Source: Emiliania huxleyi CCMP1516 (taxonomy: Eukaryota). Taken from it: a stretch of 64,000 bases of DNA. The stretch's first letter is position 1. The number at the start of each line of letters is the position of its first letter. Shown one piece after another: positions 1 through 10,989 of the stretch. The translations under genes were made by a program, and so were the position numbers. The stretch spans positions 210,198 through 274,197 of the forward strand of contig NW_005201249.1 in the NCBI RefSeq assembly GCF_000372725.1. Reading direction: 5' to 3'. Below the pieces are notes generated by a model. That model saw only the letters and a program-made list of their open reading frames with translations. It had not been told where the DNA came from and did no database searches.

Positions 1-162
1 CGGGGAAGCTCTCAGGCAATGATCAGGTTGAAGAGGCCAGCCAGCGCCATCTTGGTACTTAGAACTCACAGGCGCACGAGACGTGGAGGGCGTACCAGTG
101 TGATCGGCTGAGAATGAGTGCCTGTAGAAATTAGCCATCGGCACGAGTGCATGAATGAGTAA

Positions 163-397
163 CTACCACAGCCGAAGTTTGTGAACGAGTGAGAATGAAT
201 GACTAAGTAACTCGGCATCGGCGCATGAGATGTGCGTGGAGAGTGTACCCTGTTAATGGGTGAGAACGAATGATTAAGTAGTCATAGGCGCACGAGCGCA
301 ACCTGTCAATGACGAGTGAAATTGAATGACATCTACCACAGCCGCGGCTTTTGAATGAGTGAGAATGAATGATTAAGTAGTAATTAGTCATAGGCGC
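163..397. repeat. Degenerate ~170-bp tandem duplication in an AT-richer block
   Basis: CTACCACAGCCG at ~163 and ~333; GTGAGAA(T/C)GAATGA(C/T)TAAGTA at ~190, ~260 and ~359. Confidence 0.55.
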
Positions 398-734
398 CCT
401 GTTACTGAGAATGGCTAACTGCCACAGACTTGACACGTGTGACTAAATTGTGATTAGTCCCTAATAGAGATCTCGGAACCTCTGCGCGCGCAGCGGCAGC
501 GCAGCGGAAGGAACACGCCTACGCGATCACAACCGTGTGAAAGAGAGTCAAAGAAGATGTCCTTTGTTTATGAGGGATCATGCGGGCTATGAAGGCATAT
601 AATAAAATCTCGGGCAAACTCGGGCAACCTCGCCTGAAAAGACAGAAAAGGAAATCAAAGCGTCTGCTGCGCGATGCAGGACTAACGCAAGCTTGTTGAC
701 CGGGAAGGTTCGAGCCTGAGAGAGTAGAGCTGCG

Positions 735-960
735 CCTACGGGCAGCACGCCGCGGCGTGAGCGTCGCAACGACAACGTGATAGCTGCCGACACACTCTCA
801 CGCGTCCACGGCGCTCGGACTGGAGCCGGGCGGCGAGCGAGCGAGCGGGCGTTGGCCGGCAGAACGGCCGCACCTACGGGCAGCACGCCGCGGCGTTAGC
901 GTCGCGACGACCGGCACACTCTCTCGTGTCCTCGGCGCTCGGACTGGAGCCGGGCAGCGA
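735..960. repeat. Imperfect direct repeat, two units of ~125-140 bp
   Basis: CCTACGGGCAGCACGCCGCGGCGT at 735 and 873; GGCGCTCGGACTGGAGCCGGGC at ~810 and ~934. Confidence 0.7.
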
Positions 961-2244
961 TTGGCAAGCAAGCGGGCTGCGTCGCTCTCTCGCCGGAAAA
1001 GAGTGGGGGCTATCGGGCGGGTTCGCTCGGTGTATGGGTGGGAAACGAGCTGCAGCGGCCGCGTCTCGCGGCTCCTCGATGGCAGCAGCCTCACCTGCGA
1101 ACGGGAGGTGGCAGGCATTGTGAGGCCGAGAGGGGCGTAGCCGCTCGGGCGCCAAGCGAAGCGCATCGCATGGTGGGAGCGGAGAGGGAGCGGCGCGGTT
1201 GCGCGAGCGAGATGCGTCGCGCCGCTCGGGCGGCTCGCCGCGGGCATATGTGCGTCGATACGGCGGGCCCAGCGCGAGCGGAACGGGAAAGGCGAGGGAC
1301 CTGGCGACGTCGAGGGGAACCGTCGGCCTGGGTGGAGGGGAACGTGCCGAGCTGTATGTAGGCTGCGATCAAAAAGAGCGCCTTCGGCACTACTCTCTCG
1401 AGGTCTCGCGGATCTTATAAATCAGCCGAACGGTATTTGTATTCAGCGGGGCACGCGCGGAACGGAATACGTGCCGACTGTGTATAACACTCGTGTCCTG
1501 CTGTCAAAAGCTCAAGAGTCAAGACAGGGACGTAGGGATCCCTAGAGCTCTACATGCGAGCCTCAAATTTTCTCTTCGGCTCGCTCCGCTCGCTTCTGTG
1601 CGCAAGAGCCGGGCCTCGCACGCCTGACGCCGGCGGCTCCTGGCCCTACTCTATGCAGAGAACCCAGCCGGGGCGGCCGCCGTAGCTCTCGGCCCAAACG
1701 TAGCCGTTTCCGTTCACCAGCGGTGGTGCGTTCTCGGCCGCAACCTCCTCGGTCATACCTTCGGTGTCGCGCAGTGGTCGGTGGTGGTCCCACCGTCGGT
1801 CGTCATGCCGAGCGCGACGCGCTCCTTGTGAGCCGCGAGCCATGCTGCGATTGATGCGTCGGCTCGCGCACTTGCTGCGTCCTGGCGCTTGTTGAAGTCT
1901 GCCGCCGCCTTCTGCCACTGCCGCTGCCGCAGCGCCCGCAGCCGCTGCAAGGTCTCGTCGGCCTCTCCATGGGCTCGAGGCAGATGGTGCACTCCTGTCG
2001 GCGCTGCTGCACCTCCCGCACGCGAACCTGGATCAGCACCGCCGCGGCGAGCTGAGGCTCGACTCGCAAGCCGTCAGCGTCCAGCATGGCGGGATCGGAG
2101 CACTGGCGAGGGAGGCACGGTACCGACCGCCGCACGAGAGTCGCCAGAGCCGTCAGTTTTTGCAGAACCACTCGGCAATCTCTCGTCGGACTTGTCACGG
2201 GCACGGCGTCCCGATTTATCCATTATTTGAGAATTCTTTTCCGC

Positions 2245-2311
2245 GTTAGTGCCAGTGCGCGCCATTCCCGTGTCCAGTGTCGGGGGAGGAGTTTTGTTGT
2301 AAAATTCTTTT
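2245..2311 (+). repeat. Left copy of a ~68-bp imperfect inverted repeat bracketing the MAPEG gene
   Basis: GTTAGTGCCAGTGCGCGCCATTCCCGTGTCCAGTGT...GGAGTTTT...GTAAAATTCTTTTC matches the reverse complement of 3601-3668. A partial copy lies at 2418-2447. Confidence 0.75.
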
Positions 2312-2628
2312 CTAAGTTATGAATGCGGAAGCCTCGCCCGCACCTCGCCTGTCGCGTGAATCGTGTCGTGCGACCGCCTTTTTTTGTAAAATCCTTTTCT
2401 AACGGAGTCGCTTAGGTGGTGTACCTGTTTGTGCCAATGCGCGCCAGCGCGGCGGAGCTGCGATTTTGTCTCCTTTAGTTTACTCTGTGCCCCTTGTGAT
2501 CGGCTCTGTGCTCCCTACGCGCGATTTCCGGATCGCCATTTTGAGGCGACCTTCGGCACGCTCAACGCACGCCGTACCGCAGCTTCCCGTATTACTCGAT
2601 AGGTGAGCGCTCGGTGGCACACGACATC

Positions 2629-3411
2629 ATGCAAATCGGCGCAGCGATCGCGGCCGGCGTCGGCGTCAGCTATGGCCTCGCCGTCTACCTGCGAAACCGC
2701 GGCATTGCGCTCGCTGCCTCCAAGCCAGCTACGACCGAGCGCCCGCTGGCCACATCACAGGTCGCGCAGTTCCCGTGGGGTTCGGACTCGTTCGACACCT
2801 CCAAGCTGCCGCATCTCTTTGTAGCCGGTGCGGCGATAGTCGCGGGCGCCATCGCTCTCACGCCGCCGTCGGGCCCCATAGCGTCCCTCGACATGGCCCG
2901 CGGGCCCATCCTGGTCACCACCCTCTGGGTATGGGGCGCGTACAACGCCATCGGCGCGCAGCTCAGCGCCAAGCTGGGCGGCGCGGGCGAGCAGGCCTCC
3001 AAGATTGGCGAGCGCGGCCTGGCCAACACGCTTGAGCAGGGAGCGCCGTTCCTCGCCTGCCTGTGGGGCGTCGCCGCCTGCGTCGACGCCGCCATCGCCA
3101 CGTCGTGCGGCACCATCTACGCGGCGTTCCGCATGTTCTACCCTCTTGCGTACAGCTACTACGGCGGCTTTGCCATGCCCTGCGAGGCCGTCACCCAGCC
3201 AAACTACCAAATAATCCACCTCTTCGTGGCGGCGCTGCTCCACTTTGGTCTCACCGGCGGCTCCATCTTTGCCACCCTCGGCACCAGTTTCAAGGTCTGG
3301 TGTCCGCTTATCTTTGTCGGGCACATCCTCATGATGATGTTTGGTTGGTTCTTCCCCGTCGGTGGCCCGGCCGGCGCGCTCAACATGGCCTGGAACGGGC
3401 CCAAGGAGTGA
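2629..3411 (+). CDS. MAPEG-family-like multipass membrane protein, intronless
   Basis: Several hydrophobic segments plus ERGLANTLEQGAPFLACLW and FRMFYPLAY, matching the MAPEG R..N..E..F and R..Y pattern. ATG at 2629, TGA at 3409-3411. Confidence 0.7.
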   Translation: MQIGAAIAAGVGVSYGLAVYLRNRGIALAASKPATTERPLATSQVAQFPWGSDSFDTSKLPHLFVAGAAIVAGAIALTPPSGPIASLDMARGPILVTTLWVWGAYNAIGAQLSAKLGGAGEQASKIGERGLANTLEQGAPFLACLWGVAACVDAAIATSCGTIYAAFRMFYPLAYSYYGGFAMPCEAVTQPNYQIIHLFVAALLHFGLTGGSIFATLGTSFKVWCPLIFVGHILMMMFGWFFPVGGPAGALNMAWNGPKE

Positions 3412-3600
3412 CGGCCCGGGTCTCTCAACGGTCATAGACGGCGAGCGGTTGGTGAGGCGGCTCGAGAGCGCGCTCCGTGTTTTTTTCTTTACACACTTAC
3501 ACGCAGAAAGTCCTTTGCTGTTGTGTGCGCGCGCTCGAGAGTGTGTGCGCGCCAGTCCCCCGTGTCCGCGTGGAGAGCATGCGAGTCGGAGAGTCGGCAC

Positions 3601-3679
3601 GAAAAGATTTTTACTGAAAACTCCCTCGCACAACACTGGGCACGGGACTGGCGCGCACTGGCACTAACACAGGTACACC
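3601..3679 (-). repeat. Right copy of the inverted repeat bracketing the MAPEG gene
   Basis: Reverse complement reads GGTGTACCTGTGTTAGTGCCAGTGCGCGCCAGTCCCGTGCCCAGTGT...GTAAAAATCTTTTC, matching 2245-2311 and 2418-2447. Confidence 0.75.
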
Positions 3680-3842
3680 GAAAAGAAAGAAAGAAACGCA
3701 CCATACACACCATACGGACGGCAGTCGGCACGCCGCCAAGGGAGAAAAAAAGAAAAATGGTGCTAAGAGACTATGGAAAGTTCACGTCATGACGGTTAAA
3801 ACGGCTGTTAACGGTCGCGACGTGGTCAATATGTCGTGACAG

Positions 3843-4045
3843 CGGCTGCGAAACGACAGCAGCAACGACAGCAGCAACGACAGCTGGTGACAGCTGGTGA
3901 CAGCTGGTGACAGCTGGTGACAGCCAGCTGCCAGGGAGGAGTGAAAGGCACCCAGGAACAGTGACAGCCATAGTGACAGTGACAGTGAAGCCAGTGAACG
4001 CCAGCGACAGGCGGTGACAATGTCAGCGCGGGACCCTGCGAGTGA

Positions 4046-4078
<33 letters not shown>

Positions 4079-4080
4079 CG
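3843..4080. repeat. Compound microsatellite of GACAG-based units
   Basis: Runs of GACAGCTGGT, GACAGT and GACAGC are directly visible. Confidence 0.9.
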
Positions 4081-4608
4081 AGGTCGACCAACCTCGGCAA
4101 GGCGATGGTCGGCCTGCTCGAGCACGAGGACCCCGCCTCGGTCGCACACCTCGACGACCTCGGGCTCGAGGGCCGCGTGCTGCGCACTGCGGAGAACGCG
4201 ATCGGCGGCATCGACCGCTCCGTCGCCGCCTGAGCGCGCCTCGCGTCTCGCGAGCGGCAACTCGCCCTCTCTCGAACCCCTCTCACTCGCCCGTGTGCCG
4301 TGAGGCCACGCAAGCGCGCCTACTTTCGCGGCGCAACAGAGCCGCAGGAGCACGAGGGGCGCGCCACTTCAGCGTCAAGGTGACCGTTGTCTGTATACGA
4401 TAAGCCTGCCCGTGCCGCGGTGCCGGCCAAGGCTGCGCGGGAGTGCCACCCACAATATCATTATGTACACCGGTTTTTTTCTCTGCGCTGCGCGCGCTAG
4501 AGACACGACCGAGAACCGAGTCCGAGACACATGTTACAGCGACTCCCGCGAGGACGGCGAGGCACTTAGCTCCGTGCACCCGCCCGCCCCCGCCACAGGC
4601 AAGCTCAT

Positions 4609-5798
4609 TCACAGTGCGGCGAAAGAAACGCGGTGAACGCACGCGCAGCACATGAGCGGCCGCACCCGCGCCGCCGCCATCGGAGCCACCGCCTCCCACG
4701 CATCCAACGCCGGGTCGTACCGCTCCACCGAGCTGAGGCGGTTGTGGCCGGTACCCAATCCGCCTGCGACATAGAGCTTGCCGTCGAGCACTGCCGTGGC
4801 GTGAGAGTCCCGCGCCGTCCCCATAGGCGCCACCGCCTCCCACGCGTTCGTCGCCGGGTCGTACCGCTCGACTGAGCTGAGGTAGCTGCCGTCGCCGCTG
4901 TAGCCTCCCACAGCGTCAGCTTGCCGTCCAGCGCCGCCACAGCGTGAGCAAACCGCGCCGCCGCCATGTGAGCCACCGCCTCCCACGCGCCCACTGCCGG
5001 ATCGTACCGCTCGACTGAGCTGAGGCGGCTGTGGCCGGTACCCAATCCACCTGCGACATAGAGCTTGCCGTCGAGCGCCGCCACGGCGGGAGCCCCCCGC
5101 GCCTCCGCCATCGGCGCCACAGCCTCCCATGCATCAAACGCCTGGTCGTACCGCTCCACCGAGATGAGGCGGCCATTTTCGTCATCGAGGCCGCCCACAG
5201 CGTACAGCTTGCTGTCGAGCACCGCCACGGCGTGAAATTGCCGCGCCTCTGCCATCGGCGCCACCGCCTCCCACAACTTCGCAGCCAAGTCGTACCGCTC
5301 CACCAGGTTGGAAGTCATGTCGTCAGCCTCACTCATGCCGCCCACCGCGTAGAGCTTGCCGTCGAGCACCGCAGCGCCGACATACGTTCGTGCTGTAGAC
5401 ATCGGCGCCACAGCCTCCTCCTCCCACTCGTTTGTTGACGGGTCGTACCGCTCCATCGAGTTGATGACGCGTCCATCGATGTCTTCGCCGCCGAACACGA
5501 GCAGGCGCGGCCTCTCGCGCTTCTTGAGCGTCTCCTTCCAGCCGCGGCGCCACGCGCGGCACGTCCCCTTGACGGCGTGCTCCGTGGTCGGCAGCTGGGC
5601 GAGGATGTGCGGGGCGAGGTCCGGCGAGAGGAGGACCTCGGAGAGCACCCACTTGGGCTGCTCCACGAGCCGAGCGATGTGCTCCTCCGCCACGCGCATT
5701 GCGGCGGCGCTCCAGAGGGGCGCCTGCTCGTCGATGAAGGCGACGAGCTGCTCTGGCGAGAGGCCAGACAGGCGGGCGCCGATGCGGTGGGAGGCCAT
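4609..5798 (-). pseudogene. F-box-like/kelch-repeat gene, intronless, with one frameshift near 4916
   Basis: About six kelch repeats (LDGKLYAVGG...SSVERYDP...WEAVAPM) follow an F-box-like segment (VLLSPDLAPHILAQL...TCRAWR). CAGCGTCAGCTTG at ~4910 lacks the A seen in the sister repeat CAGCGTACAGCTTG; this could be a sequencing error. Confidence 0.8.
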
Positions 5799-6325
5799 CG
5801 GGAAGGCGGAAGGGGGAATTTTCTTTTGAGAGCGCCTTCGTTGTTAATAGTACAAACCCAATGGTCCTCTGCGAGCGGTCCTTCGTTGCAGACGCACACA
5901 CGCACACGCCGCGCCGCACCGCGCGCCCGCCCACCGCCCCGCCCAGGCGGGAAAGAGGTGGGGAGATGGGACAGCGAAGGAGGAGCACGAGCACGTATGG
6001 GAGGGTTCAGTAATGCGCCACGCTGCCCGGCGTTTCTCACTTTCCGGGACAGCCCCGCCCTTGTGAGGCAGGAAAGTGACGGCTACCCCGTACGCGCCTG
6101 CCGCTCTACTCGTCGCCGACCGCCCATTCCCCCCTCCTCGTTCCCCCCTCGAATGCTCCGGACCCCGACAAGCCGCCCGACGTTGGGCCTCTGCCCCGCA
6201 CGCCCCCGGCCCTCGCTCACACCCCGGCCCGACACGCACTCTGCCCCGTACGCCCCCGCCCCTTCTGCCCCTCGCCCACACCCCGGCCCGACACGCACAT
6301 ACAAGACAAACCCGGCGTCCTGCTC

Positions 6326-7367
6326 TCAAAAGAAAAAGAAAAAGGGAATGAGGAGACCAGCGGGGGAGACTCCCCGCCTATGCAAGCCCCAGAGAGGGGC
6401 CGCCATCGCCGAAGCTGTGCCAAAGCATAACTCCAAAACCCGCAGCGGCCCAGGGGGCCTTGGGGGCAGCCTGCCGGACCGCCGCTGCACGGGGCTAGGC
6501 ACCAGAAGACGAGTGGAATTGATGGATTGGGCTGGTGTCCGTGCCTCCCCTCTATACGTCAGAGTGGGACCTACGCCGCGCCGGGTAAGGGGCGCGCCCG
6601 GTCCTCGACGGAGCCGCGCGCCCCAAACGACCCAGGCGGTGAGTAGTCGTCCTCGAACCTTCGACTTGTAGTCGCCCGTGGTTAGCGCCCCTCCTCCCTC
6701 GCCCGTCCCTACTCGTACTGCTCTCGGGGCGCCCGCGGCATCTCGCCGCCCATCTTTGGCCACGCGTTGTAGTCGAAGATGGCGGCGTTGCGCCTCGCGA
6801 CGATGGCCGAGTGCACTTGCAGGAAGCGCTTGCGCTCGCCACTGACCCGCCATCGTTCGCTGTCGGAGGACGCCTTAGCGGCCTTGATGTCGAAGTTGGT
6901 GTTGAACCACGTCGCCGCCTCGTGCCCGATGCCGCCGCGCGTGCTCGCCGCCCACGTCATAAAGTCGCAGTTTTTGGCGTCGCACGCCGCTGCCTTGGCC
7001 TTCCGCTTCGTCTCCTCGGCGTAGTCGGTGGCTAGGCGCTTGCCGCTCGCCAGCGGGCGCAGCTTGTCATGGTGCACCGCGGTGACGCACGTGCCGTCGT
7101 ACACCACGGCGCGTGCCGACTCTGCATAGTTGCCGAAGACGCCGTCGCCCCGCTGGTACGGGTTGGTGTCCGGATCGTGCGCCCGCGTCGGGTCCCTGCA
7201 GCCGAGCCTCACCTCCATGACCTTTGCCGAGGCGCCGAAGGCGCGTGCGACGTTCGTGACGTGAGTGTTGAGGGATGCGTGCCCCGTGGCCAACCAGCCG
7301 CCGTAGTTGCATCCGTCCCAGTGCGTGCCGCTGAGGTGCTCGAATAGCGACAGCGTGCGCGGCACTC
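6326..7367 (-). mobile_element. 5'-truncated CRE-like non-LTR retrotransposon: restriction-like endonuclease domain plus 3' UTR
   Basis: ORF 7365-6709 has the RLE layout: RGDG...YDGTCVT, AEETKRK, FMTWAASTRGGIGHEA and the CRE-type terminus SAIVARRNAA. The putative 3' end is a (TTTTTC)n run on the minus strand near 6330. Confidence 0.7.
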
Positions 7368-7630
7368 GTTTTTCTTTTGTGTAGAGGGGGTCCCCTGCTA
7401 GTGAGGAGACACGAGCGAGATCAGCGTGACGACGAGCGCGGTGGCAGGCTATCGATGGTAGAGAAGCGATGACAAGTCATGCGCCTCGACACCGCGCGCA
7501 CTGTGGAGGTGAAGCCCTACTCCAATTTGGGACTTCGGCCTAAGCTGAAACTGTCTGTCAACGGATTCCCTCCGCGCCACGCCGCCATGCCCAGCCGAAT
7601 ATTAAAATACAAGCCTCTCTCACAGCACAC

Positions 7631-8008
7631 TGGGTTCCGGCTCCTAGCCGGATAGGGGGTCTGTCGCCACTGACTCGCGCCAAAACGCCCTACCTACCTA
7701 CCTATCCCCAGGCCGCGCAGCGAAGCGAAAAAAGATGAAAATAGCGGGTAGCTACCTATTGCAGGGCCCTTTTGGGCGAAACAAGACCAACCTACCTATC
7801 TGGGCACTCCCTTTGTTGCCACTCATAAAATCGACAACAACAACAACTCTCTCTCTCTCTAAATAAAATCGTTCGTTGGGTCGCTTCAGTTCACGAAGTC
7901 CCCCCGTGGGCCGACCCTCCGATTTTATGAGAAGAGAACAAAGGGAGTGCTATCTGGGAGGGGCCAGCCAGTGAGCAGACCCCCTATCCGGCTAGGAGCC
8001 GGAACCCT
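7631..8008. mobile_element. TIR MITE, possibly PIF/Harbinger-like, with 32-bp perfect TIRs
   Basis: 7632-7663 GGGTTCCGGCTCCTAGCCGGATAGGGGGTCTG is the exact reverse complement of 7976-8007. CAC flanks both sides (7628-7630, 8009-8011) if one terminal mismatch is allowed. Confidence 0.75.
7805..7949. mobile_element. Nested 145-bp Mutator-like MITE with a 9-bp TSD
   Basis: TIRs CACTCCCTTTGTT...CTCATAAAATCG and CGATTTTATGAG...AACAAAGGGAGTG; CTATCTGGG is duplicated at 7796-7804 and 7950-7958. Confidence 0.8.
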
Positions 8009-8069
8009 CACAAACGGCACGTATGGGAAAAGAAAGTCTGGGCGGGACATACTACCCGGTGCGTGTAGT

Positions 8070-10399
8070 ATGCTCGGCGCGCCGCTGCCGAATTGCTCGG
8101 TCGTCTTCTTCCACCACGTCGAAAAGACTGCAGGCACGACGCTGCGTGCCCTCTTCCAGCGGCACGCGCAGCTTGGTCTCTTCGACCTCATCAGCTTTGT
8201 CGGCCGGCAGAATCGGCTGCAGCTCCAGCTCGTGCTCCAGCGGCTGCACTCGCTGCTTCGATCCGGCACGCTGCAAGGCCTGAGGCTGGCGGTGGAGCTG
8301 CACGTGGCTGGCGACCTCACCTTTCCATACACGCTCTATTACACCATGCCCGACCTCGTGCTCATCCGGGAGCAGGCGAGAGACACCCTAGTGCGGACAG
8401 CGAGATACATCCTAGTGATTCCGGCGATGAGGAGCCCGACGATCGGAGCGTTACTCACCTCCCGCCTCCGCTACAGCTCCGCGCCGCCGGCTGTCGCTGC
8501 AACCTCGTCTCGCTGCTGCGGATGCCGCTGCTGCAGTCGCTCTCGTGGCATCCTCGCTCCGTCACCGCAACGCCGCCGCCTCTGTTTGCAGCCTCTCTCC
8601 ACCTCCGCCCCGCCTGTGAGCATAGGCACTCGCACTTTGTCACCACCAAGTCGCCGCTCTGCGTGTGGCCGCCCGCACCGGACTGCGGCACCCGCATGGC
8701 CCTCGGCTCCGACCCCGGCCAGGGCGCGCCGGCCTCCAGCGGGGAAGTGCGTCTCCACACGCCCTCCCGCCGTCGACAGGCCTCACCTGCCACGACGCGC
8801 CGCGCGTGCCGCCCCTCTCCGAGGAGCACGCCGCAGGCGCGGAGGGTTTTACCAACAGGAGCTCCTGTTCGTGTTTGGATCACTGTTCTTGCTGTATTGC
8901 GCAGGGGCGGAGGGGATGTGGCGCCTCTTCGACCTCGTCGGCGTGACGGAGATGTTCGACGAGTTTGTGCTGCTGCTCGGCGGCGCTGCGGCAGCGCGCC
9001 CCCCGCCGAGGGCGCGTCCACGACACGTCCGTGATCTCTCTCACAGGCGACCTGGTCGGGCTGCCGCACTTGGCGTACCGCGCGCAGCTGGTGGACCGCG
9101 TGACGGCGACCGCGACGGCGCAGCGGCGGCGGCGCTGGTCGGCGCAGCGGTGCGTCAAGCTCGTGGCGCGCCCGCCGCACGACTTGCTGCAGCTTGTCGG
9201 GAGGAAGCTCAACACGTCGCGCGAGCAGGCCGGCCGGCAGAGGCGGCGGATGGAGTGCTCGACGTACGGCTGCTTGCTGCGCGGCGCGGTGGTGTCGAGC
9301 AGCAACTCGGTCCCGTACGACCACGCCGCGTGCGAGGCCGTGAGCGCCATGCAGGCGCCACGACGAGACGCCCACCCCCCACCTCCCCCACCACGCGCCC
9401 ACGACCCGCCCACCGGCTGCCACGCACAGGTCCTCGAGCGGCTCTGTGGCCGCGTGTCGGTCGACGAGCGCGTCTACCTCGCCGTCCGCGCCCGGTTCAA
9501 GCAGCAGCTCGCGGCGCGTTTCTCTCCGCCACCCAGCGGCTTCACGGCTCATCGCAGCTCACCTCGGCGGTCTGTCGGAAGGCGCGCCTCTCCACCGCCC
9601 AGCTCGGCCGCCGGCTCAAGAAGCTGTCCGCCTCCAACGAGGCGCTCTCGGCGCGCGCCGTCCGGCAGGAGAGGAAGCTTCGCGGCGCCCGCTCCGCCCT
9701 CGCCTCCTGCGTCGGCTGCTCGGGGGACGTCGTGCCTGAGTTTGACCTCGGCGGCTGCTGGCCGCTCTGGGAGCAGTTTGCCCCCGACGAGCGGCGCTTC
9801 CAGTGCTCGCGCACGTGGACGACCGACCCGGCCTATCGCGACCCCGCCGTCCGGCCCGGCTACCGCGAGAAGCCCTCCGTCCTGCACACACCCATGGTCT
9901 GCGGGCGCACCCGCGGGAGGCGACGGGGTGGGCAGGGCCTCTTCACGCCCTCCAAATGTGCACAGGCTTGCTGGCGCACCTGCTGGACGCCGACGGGGCT
10001 CGTGGCAGCGAACGAGATGCGACACAGGACACACGTCTCTTGCACCGTTCCCCCGCGAGGCTCTTGTCACGCGCCGCCCGCCCCTTCCCTCTCGCGCCGC
10101 CTCGCAGGCGGGCGACACGGCCCACTGCACCGCGCCGTGCCCCGCTGCCGCCCCGTTGCCGCTCGAATGGCGGGCGGAGTGGGACCGTGAGCTCGCTGCC
10201 TCCGCTGCGCGGCCAGGCGCCAGCCAGGTGCTCCCACCGCCTCTGCCGCCTCTCCTTTTTGTGCATTCGGGGCATGTACGTCATCAGTGTCCTCCTGCCC
10301 TCACAGGACCTCGCCGCCCTTGCCGCGCCGTTCCGAGCGCGCGCACGTGGTGGGTGGCACTCGAGCTACCTGACGAGGCAGATCTTCCGCGTGTTTTGA
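8070..10399 (+). CDS. Multi-exon carbohydrate sulfotransferase-like protein
   Basis: 5'-PSB-like FFHHVEKTAGTTLR, 3'-PB-like LLRMPLLQSLSWH and FDLVGVTEMFDEF. Coding blocks are separated by GC-AG introns; ends are approximate. Confidence 0.7.
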
Positions 10400-10631
10400 G
10401 GCGACACGTCGGTCGTCGCGGACCTGCCGCTCAGGACCTCAGGTGGCCTGGCGGCCTGCGCGCGGCGCGAGGGTTTGGTGGCGGTCACAGAGAACATTGG
10501 TACTCTTCTTTGTTGGCATGTCGTTTGGGTGAAGGTCGGTGAACCCTTCCCAGCCCCTCTCCTTTCCACCCAAACAACCACCTCTCGCACCTCGTGCAAC
10601 GGCGAGGATTACATGAAGCCAGCGAAACCGT

Positions 10632-10985
10632 CCACCCGCGCCGCCGCCATCGCGGAAGTCACCGCGCCTCCCACGCGCCTGCTGCCGGGTCGTACCGCTC
10701 CACCGAGCTGAGGCGGCCGTCGTAGTCTGAGCCTCCCACAGCATACAGCTTGCCCGCGAGCACCGCCACGGCGTGATAGTCCCGCGCCGTCCCCATCACC
10801 GTGATCGGCGCAACCGCCTCCCACGCATCCAGCGCCGGGTCGTACCGCGCTCCACCGAGCTCTGAGGGAGCCGTCGTCGTCGTTGTATCCGCCCACAGCG
10901 TACAGCTTGCCGTCGAGTACCGCCACGTCAAGATTGTCCCGAACCGCCGACATCGGCGCCACCGCCTCCCATGCTTTCGTAGCGC
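10632..10985 (-). pseudogene. Kelch-repeat fragment (~2.5 repeats) paralogous to 4609-5798
   Basis: WEAVAPM...VLDGKLYAVGG and LSSVERYDPAAGAWEA motifs spread across shifting frames. Confidence 0.8.
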
Positions 10986-10989
10986 TAGC

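Noticed and set aside
1930..2010. RING-like CTICLEPM...CSGC on the minus strand
   Set aside because: The ligand set is incomplete and there is no coherent gene model; it may be a relic but cannot be supported.
5819..6336. 14-bp inverted repeat CTCTCAAAAGAAAA
   Set aside because: Low complexity with no TSD; explained by the promoter-like motif on one side and the retroelement tail on the other.
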